Shown: positions 48,152 through 61,101 of the stretch, in pieces
Position numbering within the stretch: position 1 is the stretch's first letter
How the letters are laid out: each line of letters begins with the position of its first letter
Assembly (NCBI GenBank): GCA_964016885.1
Contig: OZ024745.1
Span: 868,001 to 932,000, forward strand
Source of the DNA: Eledone cirrhosa
Taxonomy: Eukaryota
Length of the DNA stretch: 64,000 nt
Direction of reading: 5' to 3'
Notes under the pieces: generated by a model
What the model was told of the DNA's origin: nothing
Database searches by the model: none
The model's input: only the letters and a program-made list of their open reading frames with translations
Program-made: the position numbers and the translations under genes

Positions 48152-51100
48152 ACAGTGTAACTATTCTAAACTAGATATACATGGTATTACAACATACAGG
48201 GATACAGCGTACCTATTTTAAACTAGATATACATGGTAGTATGACATACAGGGATACAGCGTACCTATTCTAAACTAGATATACATGGTCTTACAACATA
48301 CAGGGATACAGTGTACCTATTCTAAACTAGATATACATGGTATTATGACATACAGGGATACAGTGTACCTATTCTAAACTAGATATACATGGTCTTATGA
48401 CATACAGGGATACAGTGTACCTATTCTAAACTAGATATACATGGTCTTACAACATACAGGGATACAGTGTACCTATTCTAAACTAAATATATATGGTATT
48501 ATGACATACAGGGATACAGTGTACCTATTCTAAACTAGATATACATGGTCTTACAACATACAGGGATACAGTGTACCTATTCTAAACTAGATATACATGG
48601 TATTACAACATACAGGGATACAGTGTACCTATTCTAAACTAGATATATATGGTATTACAACATACAGGGATACAGTGTACCTATTCTAAACTAGATATAC
48701 ATGGTATTACAACATACAGGGATACAGTGTACCTATTCTAAACTAGATATACATGGTATTACAACATACAGGGATACAGTGTACCTATTCTAAACTAGAT
48801 ATACATGGTCTTACAACATACAAGGATACAGTGTACCTATTCTAAACTAGATATACATGGTATGACAACATACAGGGATACAGTGTACCTATTCTAAACT
48901 AGATATACATGGTCTTACAACATACAGGGATACAGTGTACCTATTCTAAACTAGATATACATGGTATTACAACATACAGGGATACAGTGTACCTATTCTA
49001 AACTAGATATATATGGTATTACAACATACAGGGATACAGTGTACCTATTCTAAACTAGATATACATGGTATTACAACATACAGGGATACAGTGTACCTAT
49101 TCTAAACTAGATGTACATGGTATTACAACATACAGGGATACAGTGTACCTATTCTAAACTAGATATACATGGTAGTATGACATACAGGGATACAGCGTAC
49201 CTATTCTAAACTAGATATACATGGTCTTACAACATACAGGGATACAGTGTACCTATTCTAAACTAGATATACATGGTATTATGACATACAGGGATACAGT
49301 GTACCTATTCTAAACTAGATATACATGGTCTTATGACATACAGGGATACAGTGTACCTATTCTAAACTAGATAAACATGGTCTTACAACATACAGGGATA
49401 CAGTGTACCTATTCTAAACTAAATATATATGGTATTATGATATACAGGGATACAGTGTACCTATTCTAAACTAGATATACATGGTCTTACAACATACAGG
49501 GATACAGTGTACCTATTCTAAACTAGATATATATGGTATTACAACATACAGAGATACAGTGTAGCTATAATAAAATAGATATACATGGTATTATGACATA
49601 CAGAGATACAGTGTACCCATTCTAAATTTGATATACATGGTATTACAACATACAGAGATACAGTGTACATATTCTAAACTAGATATACATGGTCTTACAT
49701 CATCCAGGGATACAGTGTACCTATTGTAAACTAGATATATATGGTATTACAACATACAGGGATACAGTGTACCTATTCTAATCTAGATATACATGGTATT
49801 AACACATACAGAGATACAGTGTACCTATTCTAAACTAGATATACATGGTATTACATCATACAGGGATACAGTGTACCTATTGTAAACTAGATATACATGG
49901 TATTACAACATACAGGGATACAGTGTACCTATTCTAAACTAGATATATATGGTCTTACAACATACAGGGATACAGTGTACCTATTCTAAACTAGATATAC
50001 ATGGTATTACATCATACAGGGATACAGTGTACCTATTCTAAACTAGATATATATGGTATTACAACATACAGGGATACAGTGTACCTATTCTAAACTAGAT
50101 ATAGATGGTATTACAACATACAGGGATACAGTGTACCTATTCTAAACTAGGTATATATGGTATTACAAAATACAGGGATACAGTGTACCTATTCTAAACT
50201 AGGTATACATGGTATTAACACATACAGAGATACAGTGTACCTATTCTAAACTAGATATATATGGTATTACAACATACAGGGATACAGTGTACCTATTCTA
50301 AACTAGATATACATGGTATTACAACAGACAGGGATACAGTGTACCTCTTCTAAACTAGATATACATGGTATTACAACATACAGGGATACAGTGTACCTAT
50401 TCTAAACTAGATATACATGGTCTTACAACATACAGGGATACAGTGTACCTATTCTAAACTAGATATACATGGTATTACAACATACAGGGATACAGTGTAC
50501 CTATTCTAAACTAGATATACATGGTCTTACAACATACAGGGATACAGTGTACCTATTCTAAACTAGATATACATGGTATTACAACATACAGGGATACAGT
50601 GTACCTATTCTAAACTAGATATATATGGTATTACAACATACAGGGATACAGTGTACCTATTCTAAACTAGATATACATGGTATTACAACATACAGGGATA
50701 CAGTGTACCTATTCTAAACTAGATATACATGGTCTTACAACATACAAGGATACAGTGTACCTATTCTAAACTAGATATACATGGTATTACAACATACAGG
50801 GATACAGTGTACCTATTCTAAACTAGATATACATGGTCTTACAACATACAGGGATACAGTGTACCTATTCTAAACTAGATATACATGGTATTACAACATA
50901 CAGGGATACAGTGTACCTATTCTAAACTAGATATATATGGTATTACAACATACAGGGATAGTGTACCTGGTATTACAACATACAGGGATACAGTGTACCT
51001 ATTCTAAACTAGATATACATGGTATTACAACATACAGGGATACAGTGTACCTATTCTAAACTAGATGTACATGGTATTACAACATACAGGGATACAGTGT

Positions 51101-54100
51101 ACCTATTCTAAACTAGATATACATGGTAGTATGACATACAGGATTACAGTGTACCTATTCTAAACTAGATATACATGGTATTACAACATACAGGGATACA
51201 GTGTACCTCTTCTAAACTAGATATACATGGTATTACAACATACAGGGATACAGTGTACCTATTCTAAACTAGATATACATGGTCTTACAACATACAGGGA
51301 TACAGTGTACCTATTCTAAACTAGATATACATGGTATTACAACATACAGGGATACAGTGTACCTATTCTAAACTAGATATACATGGTCTTACAACATACA
51401 GGGATACAGTGTACCTATTCTAAACTAGATATACATGGTATTACAACATACAGGGATACAGTGTACCTATTCTAAACTAGATATATATGGTATTACAACA
51501 TACAGGTATACAGTGTACCTATTCTAAACTAGATATACATGGTATTACAACATACAGGGATACAGTGTACCTATTCTAAACTAGATATACATGGTATTAC
51601 AACATACAGGGATACAGTGTACCTATTCTAAACTAGATATACATGGTCTTACAACATACAAGGATACAGTGTACCTATTCTAAACTAGATATACATGGTA
51701 TTACAACATACAGGGATACAGTGTACCTATTCTAAACTAGATATACATGGTCTTACAACATACAGGGATACAGTGTACCTATTCTAAACTACATATACAT
51801 GGTATTACAACATACAGGGATACAGTGTACCTATTCTAAACTAGATGTACATGGTATTACAACATACAGGGATACAGTGTACCTATTCTAAACTAGATAT
51901 ACATGGTAGTATGACATACAGGGATACAGCGTACCTATTCTAAACTAGATATACATGGTCTTACAACATACAGGGATACAGTGTACCTATTCTAAACTAG
52001 ATATACATGGTATTATGACATACAGGGATACAGTGTACCTATTCTAAACTAGATATACATGGTCTTATGACATACAGGGATACAGTGTACCTATTCTAAA
52101 CTAGATATACATGGTCTTACAACATACAGGGATACAGTGTACCTATTCTAAACTAAATATATATGGTATTATGACATACAGGGATACAGTGTACCTATTC
52201 TAAACTAGATATACATGGTATTACAACATACAGGGATAGTGTACCTATTCTAAACTAGATATATATGGTATTACAACATACAGAGATACAGTGTACCTAT
52301 AATAAAATAGATATACATGGTATTATGACATACAGAGATACAGTGTACCCATTCTAAATTTGATATACATGGTATTACAACATACAGAGATACAGTGTAC
52401 ATATTCTAAACTAGATATACATGGTCTTACATCATCCAGGGATACAGTGTACCTATTGTAAACTAGATATATATGGTATTACAACATACAAGGATACAGT
52501 GTACCTATTCTAAACTAGATATACATGGTATTAACACATACAGAGATACAGTGTACCTATTCTAAACTAGATATATATGGTCTTACAACATACAGGGATA
52601 CAGTGTACCTATTCTAAACCAGGTATACATGGTATTAACACATACAGAGATACAGTGTACCTATTCTAAACTAGATATATATGGTATTACAACATACAGG
52701 GATACAGTGTACCTATTCTAAACTAGATATACATGGTATTACAACATACAGGGATACAGTGTACCTCTTCTAAACTAGATATACATGGTATTACAACATA
52801 CAGGGATACAGTGTACCTATTCTAAACTAGATATACATGGTCTTACAACATACAGGGATACAGTGTACCTATTCTAAACTAGATATACATGGTATTACAA
52901 CATACAGGGATACAGTGTACCTATTCTAAACTAGATATACATGGTCTTACAACATACAGGGATACAGTGTACCTATTCTAAACTAGATATACATGGTATT
53001 ACAACATACAGGGATACAGTGTACCTATTCTAAACTAGATATATATGGTATTACAACATACAGGGATACAGTGTACCTATTCTAAACTAGATATACATGG
53101 TATTACAACATACAGGGATACAGTGTACCTATTCTAAACTAGATATACATGGTATTACAACATACAGGGATACAGTGTAACTATTCTAAACTAGATATAC
53201 ATGGTATTACAACATACAGGGATACAGCGTACCTATTTTAAACTAGATATACATGGTAGTATGACATACAGGGATACAGCGTACCTATTCTAAACTAGAT
53301 ATACATGGTCTTACAACATACAGGGATACAGTGTACCTATTCTAAACTAGATATACATGGTATTATGACATACAGGGATACAGTGTACCTATTCTAAACT
53401 AGATATACATGGTCTTATGACATACAGGGATACAGTGTACCTATTCTAAACTAGATATACATGGTCTTACAACATACAGGGATACAGTGTACCTATTCTA
53501 AACTAAATATATATGGTATTATGACATACAGGGATACAGTGTACCTATTCTAAACTAGATATACATGGTCTTACAACATACAGGGATACAGTGTACCTAT
53601 TCTAAACTAGATATACATGGTATTACAACATACAGGGATACAGTGTACCTATTCTAAACTAGATATATATGGTATTACAACATACAGGGATACAGTGTAC
53701 CTATTCTAAACTAGATATACATGGTATTACAACATACAGGGATACAGTGTACCTATTCTAAACTAGATATACATGGTATTACAACATACAGGGATACAGT
53801 GTACCTATTCTAAACTAGATATACATGGTCTTACAACATACAAGGATACAGTGTACCTATTCTAAACTAGATATACATGGTATTACAACATACAGGGATA
53901 CAGTGTACCTATTCTAAACTAGATATACATGGTCTTACAACATACAGGGATACAGTGTACCTATTCTAAACTACATATACATGGTATTACAACATACAGG
54001 GATACAGTGTACCTATTCTAAACTAGATGTACATGGTATTACAACATACAGGGATACAGTGTACCTATTCTAAACTAGATATACATGGTAGTATGACATA

Positions 54101-57100
54101 CAGGGATACAGCGTACCTATTCTAAACTAGATATACATGGTCTTACAACATACAGGGATACAGTGTACCTATTCTAAACTAGATATACATGGTATTATGA
54201 CATACAGGGATACAGTGTACCTATTCTAAACTAGATATACATGGTCTTATGACATACAGGGATACAGTGTACCTATTCTAAACTAGATATACATGGTCTT
54301 ACAACATACAGGGATACAGTGTACCTATTCTAAACTAAATATATATGGTATTATGACATACAGGGATACAGTGTACCTATTCTAAACTAGATATACATGG
54401 TATTACAACATACAGGGATAGTGTACCTATTCTAAACTAGATATATATGGTATTACAACATACAGAGATACAGTGTACCTATAATAAAATAGATATACAT
54501 GGTATTATGACATACAGAGATACAGTGTACCCATTCTAAATTTGATATACATGGTATTACAACATACAGAGATACAGTGTACATATTCTAAACTAGATAT
54601 ACATGGTCTTACATCATCCAGGGATACAGTGTACCTATTGTAAACTAGATATATATGGTATTACAACATACAAGGATACAGTGTACCTATTCTAAACTAG
54701 ATATACATGGTATTAACACATACAGAGATACAGTGTACCTATTCTAAACTAGATATATATGGTCTTACAACATACAGGGATACAGTGTACCTATTCTAAA
54801 CCAGGTATACATGGTATTAACACATACAGAGATACAGTGTACCTATTCTAAACTAGATATATATGGTATTACAACATACAGGGATACAGTGTACCTATTC
54901 TAAACTAGATATACATGGTATTACAACATACAGGGATACAGTGTACCTCTTCTAAACTAGATATACATGGTATTACAACATACAGGGATACAGTGTACCT
55001 ATTCTAAACTAGATATACATGGTCTTACAACATACAGGGATACAGTGTACCTGTTCTAAACTAGATATACATGGTATTACAACATACAGGGATACAGTGT
55101 ACCTATTCTAAACTAGATATACATGGTCTTACAACATACAGGGATACAGTGTACCTATTCTAAACTAGATATACATGGTATTACAACATACAGGGATACA
55201 GTGTACCTATTCTAAACTAGATATATATGGTATTACAACATACAGGGATACAGTGTACCTATTCTAAACTAGATATACATGGTATTACAACATACAGGGA
55301 TACAGTGTACCTATTCTAAACTAGATATACATGGTATTACAACATACAGGGATACAGTGTAACTATTCTAAACTAGATATACATGGTATTACAACATACA
55401 GGGATACAGCGTACATATTTTAAACTAGATATACATGGTAGTATGACATACAGGGATACAGCGTACCTATTCTAAACTAGATATACATGGTCTTACAACA
55501 TACAGGGATACAGTGTACCTATTCTAAACTAGATATACATGGTATTATGACATACAGGGATACAGTGTACCTATTCTAAACTAGATATACATGGTCTTAT
55601 GACATACAGGGATACAGTGTACCTATTCTAAACTAGATATACATGGTCTTACAACATACAGGGATACAGTGTACCTATTCTAAACTAAATATATATGGTA
55701 TTATGACATACAGGGATACAGTGTACCTATTCTAAACTAGATATACATGGTCTTACAACATACAGGGATACAGTGTACCTATTCTAAACTAGATATACAT
55801 GGTATTACAACATACAGGGATACAGTGTACCTATTCTAAACTAGATATATATGGTATTACAACATACAGGGATACAGTGTACCTATTCTAAACTAGATAT
55901 ACATGGTATTACAACATACAGGGATACAGTGTACCTATTCTAAACTAGATATACATGGTATTACAACATACAGGGATACAGTGTACCTATTCTAAACTAG
56001 ATATACATGGTCTTACAACATACAAGGATACAGTGTACCTATTCTAAACTAGATATACATGGTATGACAACATACAGGGATACAGTGTACCTATTCTAAA
56101 CTAGATATACATGGTCTTACAACATACAGGGATACAGTGTACCTATTCTAAACTAGATATACATGGTATTACAACATACAGGGATACAGTGTACCTATTC
56201 TAAACTAGATATATATGGTATTACAACATACAGGGATACAGTGTACCTATTCTAAACTAGATATACATGGTATTACAACATACAGGGATACAGTGTACCT
56301 ATTCTAAACTAGATGTACATGGTATTACAACATACAGGGATACAGTGTACCTATTCTAAACTAGATATACATGGTAGTATGACATACAGGGATACAGCGT
56401 ACCTATTCTAAACTAGATATACATGGTCTTACAACATACAGGGATACAGTGTACCTATTCTAAACTAGATATACATGGTATTATGACATACAGGGATACA
56501 GTGTACCTATTCTAAACTAGATATACATGGTCTTATGACATACAGGGATACAGTGTACCTATTCTAAACTAGATAAACATGGTCTTACAACATACAGGGA
56601 TACAGTGTACCTATTCTAAACTAAATATATATGGTATTATGATATACAGGGATACAGTGTACCTATTCTAAACTAGATATACATGGTCTTACAACATACA
56701 GGGATACAGTGTACCTATTCTAAACTAGATATATATGGTATTACAACATACAGAGATACAGTGTAGCTATAATAAAATAGATATACATGGTATTATGACA
56801 TACAGAGATACAGTGTACCCATTCTAAATTTGATATACATGGTATTACAACATACAGAGATACAGTGTACATATTCTAAACTAGATATACATGGTCTTAC
56901 ATCATCCAGGGATACAGTGTACCTATTGTAAACTAGATATATATGGTATTACAACATACAGGGATACAGTGTACCTATTCTAATCTAGATATACATGGTA
57001 TTAACACATACAGAGATACAGTGTACCTATTCTAAACTAGATATACATGGTATTACATCATACAGGGATACAGTGTACCTATTGTAAACTAGATATACAT

Positions 57101-59812
57101 GGTATTACAACATACAGGGATACAGTGTACCTATTCTAAACTAGATATATATGGTCTTACAACATACAGGGATACAGTGTACCTATTCTAAACTAGATAT
57201 ACATGGTATTACATCATACAGGGATACAGTGTACCTATTCTAAACTAGATATATATGGTATTACAACATACAGGGATACAGTGTACCTATTCTAAACTAG
57301 ATATAGATGGTATTACAACATACAGGGATACAGTGTACCTATTCTAAACTAGGTATATATGGTATTACAAAATACAGGGATACAGTGTACCTATTCTAAA
57401 CTAGGTATACATGGTATTAACACATACAGAGATACAGTGTACCTATTCTAAACTAGATATATATGGTATTACAACATACAGGGATACAGTGTACCTATTC
57501 TAAACTAGATATACATGGTATTACAACATACAGGGATACAGTGTACCTCTTCTAAACTAGATATACATGGTATTACAACATACAGGGATACAGTGTACCT
57601 ATTCTAAACTAGATATACATGGTCTTACAACATACAGGGATACAGTGTACCTATTCTAAACTAGATATACATGGTATTACAACATACAGGGATACAGTGT
57701 ACCTATTCTAAACTAGATATACATGGTCTTACAACATACAGGGATACAGTGTACCTATTCTAAACTAGATATACATGGTATTACAACATACAGGGATACA
57801 GTGTACCTATTCTAAACTAGATATATATGGTATTACAACATACAGGGATACAGTGTACCTATTCTAAACTAGATATACATGGTATTACAACATACAGGGA
57901 TACAGTGTACCTATTCTAAACTAGATATACATGGTCTTACAACATACAAGGATACAGTGTACCTATTCTAAACTAGATATACATGGTATTACAACATACA
58001 GGGATACAGTGTACCTATTCTAAACTAGATATACATGGTCTTACAACATACAGGGATACAGTGTACCTATTCTAAACTAGATATACATGGTATTACAACA
58101 TACAGGGATACAGTGTACCTATTCTAAACTAGATATATATGGTATTACAACATACAGGGATAGTGTACCTGGTATTACAACATACAGGGATACAGTGTAC
58201 CTATTCTAAACTAGATATACATGGTATTACAACATACAGGGATACAGTGTACCTATTCTAAACTAGATGTACATGGTATTACAACATACAGGGATACAGT
58301 GTACCTATTCTAAACTAGATATACATGGTAGTATGACATACAGGATTACAGTGTACCTATTCTAAACTAGATATACATGGTATTACAACATACAGGGATA
58401 CAGTGTACCTCTTCTAAACTAGATATACATGGTATTACAACATACAGGGATACAGTGTACCTATTCTAAACTAGATATACATGGTCTTACAACATACAGG
58501 GATACAGTGTACCTATTCTAAACTAGATATACATGGTATTACAACATACAGGGATACAGTGTACCTATTCTAAACTAGATATACATGGTCTTACAACATA
58601 CAGGGATACAGTGTACCTACTCTAAACTAGATATACATGGTATTACAACATACAGGGATACAGTGTACCTATTCTAAACTAGATATATATGGTATTACAA
58701 CATACAGGTATACAGTGTACCTATTCTAAACTAGATATACATGGTATTACAACATACAGGGATACAGTGTACCTATTCTAAACTAGATATACATGGTATT
58801 ACAACATACAGGGATACAGTGTACCTATTCTAAACTAGATATACATGGTCTTACAACATACAAGGATACAGTGTACCTATTCTAAACTAGATATACATGG
58901 TATTACAACATACAGGGATACAGTGTACCTATTCTAAACTAGATATACATGGTCTTACAACATACAGGGATACAGTGTACCTATTCTAAACTACATATAC
59001 ATGGTATTACAACATACAGGGATACAGTGTACCTATTCTAAACTATATGTACATGGTATTACAACATACAGGGATACAGTGTACCTATTCTAAACTAGAT
59101 ATACATGGTAGTATGACATACAGGGATACAGCGTACCTATTCTAAACTAGATATACATGGTCTTACAACATACAGGGATACAGTGTACCTATTCTAAACT
59201 AGATATACATGGTATTATGACATACAGGGATACAGTGTACCTATTCTAAACTAGATATACATGGTCTTATGACATACAGGGATACAGTGTACCTATTCTA
59301 AACTAGATATACATGGTCTTACAACATACAGGGATACAGTGTACCTATTCTAAACTAAATATATATGGTATTATGACATACAGGGATACAGTGTACCTAT
59401 TCTAAACTAGATATACATGGTATTACAACATACAGGGATAGTGTACCTATTCTAAACTAGATATATATGGTATTACAACATACAGAGATACAGTGTACCT
59501 ATAATAAAATAGATATACATGGTATTATGACATACAGAGATACAGTGTACCCATTCTAAATTTGATATACATGGTATTACAACATACAGAGATACAGTGT
59601 ACATATTCTAAACTAGATATACATGGTCTTACATCATCCAGGGATACAGTGTACCTATTGTAAACTAGATATATATGGTATTACAACATACAGGGATACA
59701 GTGTACCTATTCTAAACTAGATATACATGGTATTAACACATACAGAGATACAGTGTACCTATTCTAAACTAGATATATATGGTCTTACAACATACAGGGA
59801 TACAGTGTACCT
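48152..59812 (+). repeat. Duplicated block 48152-52610 / 55354-59812 (offset 7202) enclosing a 2182-bp tandem duplication
   Basis: Offset 7202: 48864/56066 (GTATGACAAC), 49374/56576 (ATAAAC), 50104/57306 (ATAGATGG), 50960/58162 (30-bp monomer) and 51792/58994 (CTACAT). Offset 2182: 51792/53974, 52238/54420 and 52620/54802 (AAACCAGG). Confidence 0.9.
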
Positions 59813-61101
59813 ATTCTAAACTAGATATACATGGTATTACATCATACAGGGATACAGTGTAGCTATTCTAAACTAGATATATATGGTATTACAACATACA
59901 GGGATACAGTGTACCTATTCTAAACTAGATATACATGGTATTAACACATACAGAGATACAGTGTACCTATTCTAAACTAGATATATATGGTCTTACAACA
60001 TACAGGGATACAGTGTACCTATTCTAAACTAGATATACATGGTATTACATCATACAGGGATACAGTGTAGCTATTCTAAACTAGATATATATGGTATTAC
60101 AACATACAGGGATACAGTGTACCTATTCTAAACTAGATATACATGGTATTAACACATACAGAGATACAGTGTACCTATTCTAAACTAGATATACATGGTC
60201 TTACATCATCCAGGGATACAGTGTACCTATTGTAAACTAGATATATATGGTATTACAACATACAGGGATACAGTGTACCTATTCTAAACTAGATATACAT
60301 GGTATTAACACATACAGAGATACAGTGTACCTATTCTAAACTAGATATATATGGTCTTACAACATACAGGGATACAGTGTACCTATTCTAAACTAGATAT
60401 ACATGGTATTACATCATACAGGGATACAGTGTAGCTATTCTAAACTAGATATATATGGTATTACAACATACAGGGATACAGTGTACCTATTCTAAACTAG
60501 ATATACATGGTATTAACACATACAGAGATACAGTGTACCTATTCTAAACTAGATATACATGGTCTTACATCATCCAGGGATACAGTGTACCTATTGTAAA
60601 CTAGATATATATGGTATTACAACATACAGGGATACAGTGTACCTATTCTAAACTAGATATACATGGTATTAACACATACAGAGATACAGTGTACCTATTC
60701 TAAACTAGATATACATGGTATTAACACATACAGAGATACAGTGTACCTATTCTAAACTAGATATATATGGTCTTACAACATACAGGGATACAGTGTACCT
60801 ATTCTAAACTAGATATACATGGTATTACATCATACAGGGATACAGTGTAGCTATTCTAAACTAGATATATATGGTATTACAACATACAGGGATACAGTGT
60901 ACCTATTCTAAACTAGATATACATGGTATTAACACATACAGAGATACAGTGTACCTATTCTAAACTAGATATATATGGTCTTACAACATACAGGGATACA
61001 GTGTACCTATTCTAAACTAGATATACATGGTATTACAACATACAGGGATACAGTGTAGCTATTCTAAACTAGATATATATGGTATTACAACATACAGGGA
61101 T
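59698..61101 (+). repeat. Short-period expansion of a 4-monomer (208 bp) / 7-monomer (364 bp) sub-unit
   Basis: GTAGCT monomers are at 59854, 60062, 60426, 60842 and 61050. ATTAACAC monomers are at 59698, 59906, 60114, 60270, 60478, 60634, 60686 and 60894. CATCATCC monomers are at 60166 and 60530. Confidence 0.88.
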
